A stretch of DNA of 61,779 nucleotides, filler included, from Nitrospinota bacterium (lineage in GTDB: Bacteria > JAUXIQ01), in assembly GCA_030620925.1 (NCBI GenBank). It is 7 parts of 7 records of this genome, joined end to end, with 100 filler letters (N's around TTAATTAATTAA, not from the genome) between each part and the next. Parts side by side here need not be neighbours in the genome. Positions count along the whole stretch, not along the records: positions 1 to 2,731 come from JAUXIQ010000416.1; positions 2,832 to 6,849 come from JAUXIQ010000266.1; positions 6,950 to 24,304 come from JAUXIQ010000006.1; 4 more parts are not named here. One strand, 5' to 3'. Position 1 is the first letter of the stretch, and each line of letters begins with the position of its first letter. The translations under genes and the position numbers were made by a program. This document shows positions 1-9,403 of this stretch, in pieces. The notes beneath the pieces are model-generated. The model saw only the letters and a program-made list of their open reading frames with translations, did no database searches and had not been told where the DNA came from.

Positions 1-543
1 GAGTATGGTTTCCCGTTTTATCTCACTGCCGGGAATTCATTGAAAGGATGTGCGATGGCCATGCAGGGCGAAGAGGAAGGTATTTCGCTCTTGCGCCAGA
101 GCCTCGCCGAAAGGCGGGCGATGGGTGCAGAAGAGTTTCGATCGTATTTCCTGGCTATATTGGCCGAGGCGTATTGTATAGTGGGGCATACCGATGAAGG
201 GCTTGCTACGCTCGAAGAGGCGCTGGCGCTGGTGAATAAAAATGGGGAGCGCTTTTGTGAGGCAGACCTGCATCGCATCAAGGGGGAGCTATTACTGGCG
301 CAATCTGAGGGTAATCAGGCAGGGGCGGAAGCCTGTTACAATAAGGCCCTGGAGGTCGCCCGGAGCCAGCAGGCGAAGTCGTTTGAACTCCGGGCGGCCA
401 TGAGCCTGGGCCGACTGTGGCAGAGTCAGGGCAAACGCCAGGAAGCCCGCGACCTGCTGGCCCCCGTCTACGACTGGTTCACCGAAGGTTTCGACACCGC
501 CGACCTCAAAGACGCCAAAGCGCTCCTCGAAGAATTGTCGTAA
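1..543 (+). CDS. C-terminal TPR portion of an adenylate/guanylate cyclase or AAA-ATPase-TPR regulator (5' truncated)
   Basis: Frame is open from base 1. It ends in the stereotyped tail ELRAAMSLGRLWQSQGKRQEARDLLAPVYDWFTEGFDTADLKDAKALLEEL. Confidence 0.8.
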   Translation, partial: EYGFPFYLTAGNSLKGCAMAMQGEEEGISLLRQSLAERRAMGAEEFRSYFLAILAEAYCIVGHTDEGLATLEEALALVNKNGERFCEADLHRIKGELLLAQSEGNQAGAEACYNKALEVARSQQAKSFELRAAMSLGRLWQSQGKRQEARDLLAPVYDWFTEGFDTADLKDAKALLEELS

Positions 544-628
544 TAGGATTTACCTGAAGACACCTTAAATTTTAGTAAAACAAAACGATTTGTACTGTTT
601 TGACTGATAATTTAGCTATTTTAAAAAC

Positions 629-775
629 ATACCCGCCCATTCATGGGTGGGTATTTGACAACCCCGCCGCCAGGCTGGGATCGAACCCCGTCACTTGTGG
701 CGGGGTGATTTTCCCCCGGACAAGTCCGGGGGTTCGAAGTACACATGATGCTCCCATCCATGAATGGATGGGTAT
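629..775. repeat. Nested REP-like palindrome cluster (A-B-B'-A')
   Basis: Four hairpins lie at 629-654, 681-706, 713-737 and 753-775. The outer pair are inverted copies of each other, as are the inner pair. Confidence 0.7.
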
Positions 776-923
776 CCCGCCTTGTGGAAACCCTTCGACT
801 ACCCCATCCGAGCTTGACTAAAAATCGCCTGATTATCGGCAAGCTCTTAGCCAATGTAATTGGTTGTTCTGTAATCATAAAAACAACATATCAAAGTACC
901 GGTTTTTCAGGCATTACCTGAAG

Positions 924-1685
924 CTAAATCATGGTGAGGCCGCCGCTGACGCTCATGGTCTGGCCGGTGACGAAATCCGAATCGGATGAAGCCAGGTACG
1001 AGACCGCAGCGGCTATATCCGCCGGCTGGCCTATCCTCCTCAAAGGCGTGGCCCTGATAAGGGTCTCGGAAACTTTCTTCGCCCGCTCCGTGCCCCCGGA
1101 CGTCTCGTAGTAGAGGGCCGTCTCCGTGGGGCCGGGGCACACGACGTTGACGTTTATCTTGTGCCTGGCCAGCTCACGGGCCATGGTCTTTGCGAAAGAG
1201 ATAATCGCCCCCTTGCAGGCGGCGTATATGGCCTCGCCCGAATTCCCCACCCTGCCCGCGTCGGAGGATATAAAAATTATCTTCCCTTCCGCCTGGTCGA
1301 TCATGCCCGCCAGCGCGGCGTGGGTGCAGTATATGGCGCTCATCAGGTTTATGGCGATCAGTTTTTCCCACAACTCCTCGGTGGTGTCGATGAACAAGGC
1401 CTGCTTATCCCACCCCACGTTGTTCACCAGCACGTCTATCTTCCCGAACCGGTCGAAAACCTGAGCGACGGCGTCGTCCACCTGCGCCTTGCTGGTGACG
1501 TCGGTCTCCAGCGCCAGGGCCTCGCGGCCCATGTCTTTTACTAATTGTGCGGTCTCCTGCCCGTTCTTCGAGTTGATTTCAAGAACGGCGATGTCCGCCC
1601 CCTCCTCGGCCAGCCGCAGGCAGACGGCTCGACCGATGCCGCCTCCTCCGCCGGTGACCACAGCCACTTTTTCCGTCATACGCAT
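924..1685 (-). CDS. SDR family oxidoreductase, BadH-like (2-hydroxycyclohexanecarboxyl-CoA dehydrogenase-like)
   Basis: Motifs TGGGGGIG, NNVGWD, SDAGRVG and YAACK. Start placed at ATG 1685 after a GGGAGG SD. Confidence 0.8.
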   Translation of the reverse strand: MRMTEKVAVVTGGGGGIGRAVCLRLAEEGADIAVLEINSKNGQETAQLVKDMGREALALETDVTSKAQVDDAVAQVFDRFGKIDVLVNNVGWDKQALFIDTTEELWEKLIAINLMSAIYCTHAALAGMIDQAEGKIIFISSDAGRVGNSGEAIYAACKGAIISFAKTMARELARHKINVNVVCPGPTETALYYETSGGTERAKKVSETLIRATPLRRIGQPADIAAAVSYLASSDSDFVTGQTMSVSGGLTMI

Positions 1686-1864
1686 ACCAGTCCCTCCCCT
1701 GGATAGTAGTGATAGCCAGCTTCGCATTTTATGATAAGATGACGCCAGCATAAATTAACTGCGCTCATCTTGCAACAACCGGTTTGCCGACCTCTTCTCG
1801 ATGCCGGGAGAGCGCGGGGGATAAAACCTTTTATGATCGCTATTATCGAAGGAGGAATCATGCC

Positions 1865-2653
1865 ATGTATAAATGGGTAACCTACGAAAAGAGCGGCCCT
1901 ATCGCCACCATAACCCTGAACCGCCCCGAACGACTGAACGCCCTGAATTTCAACGTCATCGAAGAGCTGGTCAGGGCTTTCGGCGAAAGCGCGCACGACC
2001 CGGAGGTGCGGGTGGTTATCCTCACCGGAACGGGGAGGGCCTTCTGCGCCGGGGACGACCTCAAAGGTATGATACCCGACGAGCCGCCAGTGGCGCCCAT
2101 CCCCGAGGACGGTTACAAACAGCGCACCGAGGGCTATCCGCGGGCGATTATGGCCATCCGCGACCTGGAGAAACCGGTCATCGCCAGGATCAACGGGCCC
2201 GCCCACGGCGCGGGCTGCGAGATGTGCCTGGCCTGCGATTTCCGCATCGCCGTGGAGACGGCCACCTTCGCCGAGCCTTACGTCCTGAGGGGAATCAGCT
2301 CCGGCGTGGTGCTCCTGCCCCGCTACATCGGCCTGGGCCGGGCGACGGAGATGCTGTTCACCGGCGAACCCATCTCGGCGCAGGAGGCGGAGAGTATGGG
2401 TATGTTGACCAGGGTGGTTCCGCCCGATAAGCTCGATGAAGCCGTAAACGAGCTTGCCGCCAAGATGGCCAAAGCCGCCACCAAAGCCCTGGGCTACACC
2501 AAGAGGGCTATCAACCAGTCCCTGGGCGTCGGTCTGTATGAGGGGTATCAATACCAGGCATACGCCACCTTCATGTCCAACCTCACCGAGGATATTGTCG
2601 AAGGGAAAAAAGCCTTCGCCGAAAAAAGACAACCCGACTTCAAAGGCAAATAG
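1865..2653 (+). CDS. Enoyl-CoA hydratase/isomerase (crotonase) family protein
   Basis: Motifs TLNRPERLNA, AFCAGDDL and GAGCEMCLACDFR. AGGAGG SD at 1850-1855. Confidence 0.9.
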   Translation: MYKWVTYEKSGPIATITLNRPERLNALNFNVIEELVRAFGESAHDPEVRVVILTGTGRAFCAGDDLKGMIPDEPPVAPIPEDGYKQRTEGYPRAIMAIRDLEKPVIARINGPAHGAGCEMCLACDFRIAVETATFAEPYVLRGISSGVVLLPRYIGLGRATEMLFTGEPISAQEAESMGMLTRVVPPDKLDEAVNELAAKMAKAATKALGYTKRAINQSLGVGLYEGYQYQAYATFMSNLTEDIVEGKKAFAEKRQPDFKGK

Positions 2654-2731
2654 GTTAGCTGCAGTGCTTCTCGGACATCGAGACAGGCCGCCGTGGAAAG
2701 GTGCTCCTTGTTAGAAAAGAGTATGCCGGTA

Positions 2732-2831
2732 NNNNNNNNNNNNNNNNNNNNNNNNNNNNNNNNNNNNNNNNNNNNTTAATTAATTAANNNNNNNNNNNNN
2801 NNNNNNNNNNNNNNNNNNNNNNNNNNNNNNN
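2732..2831. other. Artificial contig linker
   Basis: N44 + TTAATTAATTAA (stops in all six frames) + N44. Confidence 0.98.
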
Positions 2832-2957
2832 CCTCCCTTGACCCCGCCTGCCACGGGGCAAGCATGGAGGGGAAAAAGGGGAGGGGGGATTTGAAAAGAG
2901 CAAAAGAAAACGGGTTTGCAAGGGTAGGCGAGATTCTTCGCTTCGCTCAGAATGACA
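2832..2957. repeat. REP-like repeat remnants at contig edge
   Basis: Contains AAAGGGGAGGGGGGATTT and AGATTCTTCGCTTCGCTCAGAATGACA (2931-2957). The 13-mer CTTCGCTTCGCTC recurs at 44736-44748. Confidence 0.5.
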
Positions 2958-3015
2958 GGATAGAGATGTTGTAGAGATAATTCTGTTCCGCGTGGCGCAG
3001 GATCGTCCGGGGAGG

Positions 3016-5292
3016 CTACCGTTTTTTGAGGGCAAAGTATATCTTTTCAGGAGTGAGAGGCAAATCGTGAATCCTGACCCCAACGGCATCATAGATGGCG
3101 TTGCTCAGAGCCGCTGCGGTAGGGGCGAGGACGCCTTCACCGATCCCCTTCGCCCCGTAAGGGCCTTCCTGGTGGGCTTCCTCAACGATGATAGGGATTA
3201 TATGGCCGGGTGTTTCATGAACGGTACCCATTTTGTAATCCAGGAAGTTTGAGTTGAGTATCCTGCCGTTTTCCATCTCTACTTTTTCCATGAGAGCGAT
3301 TCCCTGCCCCTGCACCACACCGCCTACGATCTGCCCCACTACCAAGTCGGGGTTGATGGCCTTGCCCACGTCGTGAGCGGCGGTGAACCCCACAACTCTG
3401 ACCTGTCCGGTCTCTTCATCCACCTCCACTTCGGCGCACTGGGTGGAATACATCCAGAATGCGCAGGGACGCTCCGACTGGCCTGTCTCCAGGTCGACGG
3501 TCTTTGACTTCTGGTTGAAAATCCCGCTTCCGATGAGGAGCGGGTAGCCGCCATGGACGAAAAGTTTTCTGAAGGGGATCGATTTTTCGGGCACTCCTTT
3601 TACGTAGACCATCCCGTTTTCCACTATCAGGTCGTCCGGGTCGGCTTCCAGGATTTCCGCCCCTCGCTCGCGGACCTGTCTCCTGGCGTCCTCGCAGGCG
3701 AGCCTGACGGCGTTGCCCATGTTGTAGGTGGCCCGGCTGGAACCGGTCATGAGATCGAAGGGGGTGGTGGCCGTGTCGTTGAGGGCCACGGTGATCTTTT
3801 CCAGGGGCACCTTAAACTCCTCGGCCACCATCTGGGCCAGCACCGTGTTAGACCCCTGCCCCAGCTCCACCACCGCCTGACGCAGCTCCAGAGAGCCGTC
3901 GATCTTCACTTCCACGTAGGCGCACGCCGCGCCCGGGGCCATGCTGTATTTGTGCGCCGAAGCCATGCCCTTTCCTCCGGCGGGCGGCAGGGGGGGCTGG
4001 TTGAACTCCGCGGCCTGCGTGGCCTTCATGATGGTCTCTTCGAGACCCACGCTCTGAAGCTTCTCGCCGGTGGCGGAGATGGCCCCGTTGCGATAGATGT
4101 TCTTAAGGCGGATGGCGATGCGGTCCATCCCCAGCTTTTCGGCTATGATGTCCATCTGCGATTCGATGGCCCATTCTATCTCCGGGGTCCCGAAGCCGCG
4201 AAACGCGCTGCCCGGCACATTGTTGGTGTAGACTCCGTAAGAGTCTATCTTTACGTTGGGGATGTCATAGGGCCCGGAGCCTCCGAAACCGGCGTTGGTA
4301 ACGATCATGGAGGTCATGCCCGAGTATGCGCCGGAATCCATGATAACTTTCACCTCCCGGGCCAAAAGGGAGCCGTCCTTCTTCACGCCGTCCTTGAGGT
4401 GGGTGATAACCGGAACACGGTTGTTGCCGGAAAGGAATATCTCTTCACGGGTAAAGACGATCTTGACCGGCCGTCCCGCCTTCATGGCCAGTACCGTGCA
4501 GATGGCGGCTGCGCTTATATCGCCCTTGCCCCCGAACCCACCTCCCACGTAGGGGACGATGATGCGGATTTTGTTGCGATCGATCCCGGTCAGATCCTGG
4601 AGGCTACGCTGCATCCACCTTATGCCCTGGGTGCTCACCCAGCAGGTGAGGTTTCCCTGCCCGTCTATGTCGGCAACCACCCCGAAGGGCTCCAGGTAGC
4701 CGTTCTGTATCATGGGTGCGGAGAAGCGGTTCTCCACCACAATGTCTGCCTCCCCGAGCGCCTTCTCCACGTCCCCTTTGCGCAGTTGAAAGTGGTTATG
4801 GATATTCGAATTTTCCACGCAGCGGGCCAGGGGCTGTAGCAGACCATATTCCGCCAGGTGCTCATGTATCAGAGGCGCTTCGGAGGCCATGGCCTCCACG
4901 GGGTCGAAAAGGGTAGGGAGTTCCTCATACTCGACTTCGATGAGGTTGCAGGCTTCGAGCGCGGTTTCCTCATCATCGGCCGCCACAGCCGCCACGTAAT
5001 CCCCGACGTAGCGCACCTTCTCCCGGGCCAGCATGGGCTGGTCCAGGTAGCAGGCGCCGTGTCTGGCGTCGGGCACATCTTTTGCCGTTATTACCGCGCG
5101 CACGCCGGGAAGCCGTTCAGCCGGAGATGTGTCTATCCAGGCTATTCCGGCATGGGGGTAAGGACTGTGAAGAATTTTACCCCGCAGCACGCCCGGCAAC
5201 TGGACGTCATCCACATACACGGCCTTGCCCATGACCTTTTCCCTGGCGTCCACCCTGGGGAGCTTTTCTCCCACCACTTTCAGCTCAGTCAT
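3016..5292 (-). CDS. Xanthine dehydrogenase family molybdopterin-binding large subunit
   Basis: Motifs VGGGFGGKG, AFRGFG, ELGQG and GPYGAKGIGE. Likely start is MTELK at 5292. Confidence 0.92.
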   Translation of the reverse strand: MTELKVVGEKLPRVDAREKVMGKAVYVDDVQLPGVLRGKILHSPYPHAGIAWIDTSPAERLPGVRAVITAKDVPDARHGACYLDQPMLAREKVRYVGDYVAAVAADDEETALEACNLIEVEYEELPTLFDPVEAMASEAPLIHEHLAEYGLLQPLARCVENSNIHNHFQLRKGDVEKALGEADIVVENRFSAPMIQNGYLEPFGVVADIDGQGNLTCWVSTQGIRWMQRSLQDLTGIDRNKIRIIVPYVGGGFGGKGDISAAAICTVLAMKAGRPVKIVFTREEIFLSGNNRVPVITHLKDGVKKDGSLLAREVKVIMDSGAYSGMTSMIVTNAGFGGSGPYDIPNVKIDSYGVYTNNVPGSAFRGFGTPEIEWAIESQMDIIAEKLGMDRIAIRLKNIYRNGAISATGEKLQSVGLEETIMKATQAAEFNQPPLPPAGGKGMASAHKYSMAPGAACAYVEVKIDGSLELRQAVVELGQGSNTVLAQMVAEEFKVPLEKITVALNDTATTPFDLMTGSSRATYNMGNAVRLACEDARRQVRERGAEILEADPDDLIVENGMVYVKGVPEKSIPFRKLFVHGGYPLLIGSGIFNQKSKTVDLETGQSERPCAFWMYSTQCAEVEVDEETGQVRVVGFTAAHDVGKAINPDLVVGQIVGGVVQGQGIALMEKVEMENGRILNSNFLDYKMGTVHETPGHIIPIIVEEAHQEGPYGAKGIGEGVLAPTAAALSNAIYDAVGVRIHDLPLTPEKIYFALKKR

Positions 5293-5307
5293 CCTCACCA
5301 CCATCCG

Positions 5308-6162
5308 TTATGACGCCGCTTGCAGCGCCCTGGAGACGGCCCGTCTGGTCATGACGCCCACCATCTCACGTTTATACTGTTCCGAGCCGCTGGAGTCGGA
5401 CAGCGGACTGGAGGCTTCCATGGCCGCAGCGGCGGCTTTACGTAGAGAGCTTTCATTCACTGCACGGCCCCGAAGGGCCTCCTCAGCCTCCTTCACTCTG
5501 ATAGGTGTCGGCCCCACTGCGCCCAGGACGATTCCGGCCTCGATACATCTCTGTTTGTCATCATCCAGGGTCACCAGCGCCGCGGCCCCGATTGTGGCCA
5601 TATCACCTTCTCGCATGGCGTATTTCTCATAGCTCACCCCGGTGCGGGCGGATAGCCGGGGCAGTCGGATTTCGGTTAATATCTCGTCCTCGCTCAGGCT
5701 CGTCTGGTAATAGTCGATGAAGAAATTCTCCAGAAGCACTTTCCTTTCGCCCTGCGAATTGCGGAGAGTCGCCTCCGCCCCCGCTGCTATAAGCGGTGGA
5801 GCCAGGTCGGAGGCCGGATCAGCGTGGCAGAGGCTGCCTCCCACGGTGCCCGCGTTTCTCACCTGGACGCATCCGATGCGCTCCGCCGCCCGGCTGAGCC
5901 AGGGGAATTTATCCCTTACGAGAGGGTTTTTCTCAAATTCCCGGTGCTTGCATAATGCGCCGATCCGGAGCTCATTCGCATCATCAGAGATATATCTCAG
6001 GGAATGGATTCCCTCGATATCCACAAGGATGTCAGGCTCGACCAGCCTCTGTTTCAAAAGAATTGACAATGCCACACCACCGGCGATAACCCTGGCCCCC
6101 TCTCCGTGCAGGGCCAGGAGCGAGCAGGCTTCCTCAACCGTTGCCGGTCTGGCATATTCCAT
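5308..6162 (-). CDS. Xanthine dehydrogenase family FAD-binding medium subunit (CoxM-like)
   Basis: Motifs IAGG and QVRNAGTVGGSLCHADPASD. Confidence 0.92.
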   Translation of the reverse strand: MEYARPATVEEACSLLALHGEGARVIAGGVALSILLKQRLVEPDILVDIEGIHSLRYISDDANELRIGALCKHREFEKNPLVRDKFPWLSRAAERIGCVQVRNAGTVGGSLCHADPASDLAPPLIAAGAEATLRNSQGERKVLLENFFIDYYQTSLSEDEILTEIRLPRLSARTGVSYEKYAMREGDMATIGAAALVTLDDDKQRCIEAGIVLGAVGPTPIRVKEAEEALRGRAVNESSLRKAAAAAMEASSPLSDSSGSEQYKREMVGVMTRRAVSRALQAAS

Positions 6163-6181
6163 GTTGAGCTCCCTTTCCTTT

Positions 6182-6649
6182 TCAGGCTGATCCAGTGCTC
6201 CCGTTCTCCAACCGCGATTTGAGCCTGGCGGTAAACTCCTTGTTCTGTTGCTTGAATTTTTCCTTGAAGATGGCGAACCCGAATTTTGCCAACTTCCCTA
6301 CTATGTTTATCTCAGACCGAAAACCCACCTCGGTCTCACCTTCCGACAGGGATTTCAGGTCCAGCGAGTTCTTGAGGTCGAACGTCGAGGCGCGGTCGCT
6401 GTCCTTCCCCCTGGCCGAGGATTTCAGATGATAGGGGGGCTTCTTTTCGTAGACGGTAATCCTCAGGGTGGGCTTGGCGGTTATAAAACCCAATTTAGCT
6501 TTGAGGGTGACCTCGAAGGTATCCTCATCGATGGTGTTCACCGCCTCGCAGCCGGGAACACAGGACCCCATGGCCTGCAAATCCATCAGGAAGTCCCAAA
6601 CCCTCTGCACGGGCGCTTTCACCGTGAAGCTTTCTTCGATAACCGGCAT
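6182..6649 (-). CDS. CoxG/SRPBCC family protein
   Basis: FTVKAPVQRVWDFLMD...SCVPGC pattern, located inside the Mo-hydroxylase cluster. Confidence 0.85.
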   Translation of the reverse strand: MPVIEESFTVKAPVQRVWDFLMDLQAMGSCVPGCEAVNTIDEDTFEVTLKAKLGFITAKPTLRITVYEKKPPYHLKSSARGKDSDRASTFDLKNSLDLKSLSEGETEVGFRSEINIVGKLAKFGFAIFKEKFKQQNKEFTARLKSRLENGSTGSA

Positions 6650-6704
6650 CGAGAGACATCCCTTCTCAGAAATTAGAGCTGACTCGACCCCCGAGTCGCG
6701 GGGT

Positions 6705-6848
6705 TCATTCTTTCTCGCTCAGCGCTTTCAAGACCTTCTCCGGGGTTATGGGCAGCTCCGTTAACCTAACCCCTACTGCGTCGTATATGGCGTTTCCGAT
6801 GGCAGGCGCCACGGCCACCATGACCGATTCCCCTATCCCCTTTGCCCC
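6705..6848 (-). CDS. C-terminal fragment of a second xanthine dehydrogenase family Mo-binding subunit (cut by gap)
   Basis: Not in the ORF track. Translates GAKGIGESVMVAVAPAIGNAIYDAVGVRLTELPITPEKVLKALSEKE*. Confidence 0.88.
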   Translation of the reverse strand, partial: GAKGIGESVMVAVAPAIGNAIYDAVGVRLTELPITPEKVLKALSEKE

Positions 6849-6849
6849 G

Positions 6850-6949
6850 NNNNNNNNNNNNNNNNNNNNNNNNNNNNNNNNNNNNNNNNNNNNTTAATTA
6901 ATTAANNNNNNNNNNNNNNNNNNNNNNNNNNNNNNNNNNNNNNNNNNNN
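6850..6949. other. Artificial contig linker
   Basis: N44-TTAATTAATTAA-N44. Confidence 0.98.
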
Positions 6950-6950
6950 G

Positions 6951-7676
6951 AGTCTTTACGATTTTCCCGGCGATGATATACCCGTAGTAAAGGGTAGCGC
7001 ATTAGAGGCGTTGAACTGCGGCTGCTCCAAGGAAGACTGCGATAAGTGCAATCTGGTGTATGAATTGATGGCGGCGGTGGATGAGTATATACCTTTACCA
7101 GAGCGTGATATAGACAAGCCTTTTCTGATGCCTGTGGAGGATGTGTTCAGCATATCCGGCCGTGGCACGGTGGCCACGGGCCGTGTGGAGCGGGGTCAGG
7201 TAAACATAAGTGATGAGGTTGAGATAGTAGGTTTCGGCGAGACGACGAAGACGGTGGCCACGGGTGTGGAGATGTTCCGCAAGACGCTGGACAGCGGAGA
7301 GGCGGGCGACAATATAGGAGTACTTCTCCGCGGCGTAAAGAAGGATGAGATAGAGCGGGGTCAGGTGTTGGCGAAGCCCGGGAGCATAACGCCACACACT
7401 AAGTTTCGGGCCGAGACGTATGTATTGACCAAGGAAGAGGGTGGTCGGCACACGCCCTTTTTCAAAGGATATCGGCCTCAGTTTTATTTTCGCACCACGG
7501 ACGTTACTGGCGAGTCGCAGCTTCCGGAGGGTGTGGAGATGGTGATGCCCGGGGACAGCGTGAACCTCGAGGTATCGCTGATAACGCCCATCGCCATGGA
7601 GGAAGGTCTTCGCTTCGCCATACGAGAAGGCGGCCGCACGGTCGGTGCGGGGGTCATAAGCGAGATAATCGAGTAA
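6951..7676 (+). CDS. tuf: Elongation factor Tu (5' truncated)
   Basis: Motifs [38 protein letters not shown] and [13 protein letters not shown]. Confidence 0.98.
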   Translation, partial: SLYDFPGDDIPVVKGSALEALNCGCSKEDCDKCNLVYELMAAVDEYIPLPERDIDKPFLMPVEDVFSISGRGTVATGRVERGQVNISDEVEIVGFGETTKTVATGVEMFRKTLDSGEAGDNIGVLLRGVKKDEIERGQVLAKPGSITPHTKFRAETYVLTKEEGGRHTPFFKGYRPQFYFRTTDVTGESQLPEGVEMVMPGDSVNLEVSLITPIAMEEGLRFAIREGGRTVGAGVISEIIE

Positions 7677-7757
7677 CCCCCAGCCCGAGGGGCGCGCATA
7701 AATCGGATTTCGTTTGAGGTCAGCTTTTGTTTCATGAGATTATCAGGGGAGTGACAG

Positions 7758-8063
7758 GTGAATGAAAAGATAAGGATAAAACTCAAGGCGTATGACCACA
7801 GGATTCTGGACCAGTCCGTGGAAGAAATCGTGGATACCGCGGTGCGCACCGGAGCGAAAGTGGTGGGCCCTATACCGCTGCCCACGACCAAGAACCGGTA
7901 TACCGTCTTGCGCTCCCCGCACGTGGACAAGAAGTCCAGAGAACAGTTCGAGATTAGAACGCACAAACGGCTGCTGGACATACTTGAACCCACTTCAGAC
8001 ACCGTAGACGCTCTCATGAAGCTGGACCTTTCAGCGGGAGTGGACATAGAGATAAAACTGTAA
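7758..8063 (+). CDS. rpsJ: 30S ribosomal protein S10
   Basis: [12 protein letters not shown] and [14 protein letters not shown]. Confidence 0.98.
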   Translation: MNEKIRIKLKAYDHRILDQSVEEIVDTAVRTGAKVVGPIPLPTTKNRYTVLRSPHVDKKSREQFEIRTHKRLLDILEPTSDTVDALMKLDLSAGVDIEIKL

Positions 8064-8112
8064 TGGAGGGTCCATAGGCCCTGACAGCGAGGTATAGCCC
8101 AGAGGTTTAATC

Positions 8113-8775
8113 ATGTTGGATGGTTTGCTGGCTGAAAAATTGGGAATGATGCAGATTTTTTCTGAGGACGGTGAAGTCGTCCCCGTCACCGTGACGAGGG
8201 TGGGTCCTTGCTCTGTAGTGCAGAAGAAGACGTTGGAGCGGGACGGATACGGGGCCCTTCAACTGGGCTTCCAGGAGAAGGAAAAATCTAAAAACGTCAA
8301 CAAGCCCAGGAGCGGCCATTTCGGTAAGGCCGGGGTGCCTCCTACCCGATATCTGAGAGAGATGCGCGTCGACGATATTGACCGGTACGAGGAAGGGCAG
8401 GTGATAAAAGCGGAAGAGGTCTTCCGGCCCGGAGATTTCGTAGACGTGACCGGCGTCTCAAAAGGCAAGGGATTCGCCGGAGTGATGAAGCGGCATGGTT
8501 TCCGCGGGTCGAAGAAGACTCACGGCACCCATGAAACTTTCAGGGGGCCGGGCTCCATCGGGGCCGCCGCTTACCCTGGGAAAGTGTTCAAAGGGAAGAA
8601 ACTCCCGGGTAGAATGGGTGGGGTGAGAACCACGACACAGAACCTCGAAGTGGTCCATCTCATTGGCGAGCAGGATCTGATGCTCATCAGGGGTGCAGTG
8701 CCAGGGGCCCGCGGAGGTCTCTTATTGATAAGGAAAAGCGTGAAAAAGGGCGAACAGGAAGCCGTAAAGGAATAA
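8113..8775 (+). CDS. rplC: 50S ribosomal protein L3
   Basis: KLGMMQIF and SKGKGFAGVMKRH; operon position. Confidence 0.98.
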   Translation: MLDGLLAEKLGMMQIFSEDGEVVPVTVTRVGPCSVVQKKTLERDGYGALQLGFQEKEKSKNVNKPRSGHFGKAGVPPTRYLREMRVDDIDRYEEGQVIKAEEVFRPGDFVDVTGVSKGKGFAGVMKRHGFRGSKKTHGTHETFRGPGSIGAAAYPGKVFKGKKLPGRMGGVRTTTQNLEVVHLIGEQDLMLIRGAVPGARGGLLLIRKSVKKGEQEAVKE

Positions 8776-8779
8776 GTCG

Positions 8780-9403
8780 ATGCCGGAAGTTCAGGTGAGA
8801 AATCAATCGGGTGATATTGTGGGGACCATCCCCTTGAACGACGACGCCTTCGGGGGCGAAGGAAAAGAACATCTGATTCACGATGTGGTCGTAATGCAGC
8901 TTGCCAACCGGAGAAGGGGCACCGCCTCTACCAAGACCAGGGCTGCGATTTCGTACAGCACCGCCAAGCCGTGGCGTCAAAAAGGGACGGGGAGAGCGAG
9001 GGCGGGCAGCAGGAGGTCCCCTATCTGGCGAGGGGGAGGAATTACTTTCGGGCCCGCACCGAGGGATTACAGCTACAAGCTGCCCAGGAAAGTTCGGAAA
9101 CAGGCGCTCCGGGCTGCCGTAGCGGAAAAAGTTAAGAATAATGAGGTTATCGTCATCGACTCGCTGGAGATGAGTGAACCCAAGACCAAGCTTTTCAATG
9201 AACTCATGCGCAACCTGGGTATAGATGGCAGCACCTTGGTGCTTTTGGATGGTGAAAACCGTAATTTGCAGCTCTCGGTGCGCAACATCCCCGGCGTAAA
9301 AACTTTGCAGATAAAAGGTTTAAACGTTTACGATCTGGTATATCACCAAAAAATAATCGTGAGCAGGGATATTATCCCCGGTTTGGAAGAGGTTTTATCA
9401 TAA
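8780..9403 (+). CDS. rplD: 50S ribosomal protein L4
   Basis: KPWRQKGTGRARAGS. Confidence 0.98.
   Translation: MPEVQVRNQSGDIVGTIPLNDDAFGGEGKEHLIHDVVVMQLANRRRGTASTKTRAAISYSTAKPWRQKGTGRARAGSRRSPIWRGGGITFGPAPRDYSYKLPRKVRKQALRAAVAEKVKNNEVIVIDSLEMSEPKTKLFNELMRNLGIDGSTLVLLDGENRNLQLSVRNIPGVKTLQIKGLNVYDLVYHQKIIVSRDIIPGLEEVLS

Noticed and set aside
600-878. Small ORFs 600-821 and 621-878; CRISPR-like reading of the hairpins
   Set aside because: The ORFs are translations of palindromic repeats. The units are inverted and dissimilar rather than identical direct repeats with spacers, and no cas genes are present.
3553-4839. Long antisense ORFs (for example 428 aa here, 318 aa at 1676-2632, 304 aa at 55289-56203)
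   Set aside because: They are shadows of GC-rich real genes on the opposite strand, with no recognisable motifs.
3016-6649. Aerobic CO dehydrogenase (coxLMG) call
   Set aside because: The active-site loop is AFRGFG, not a CODH form I or II motif.
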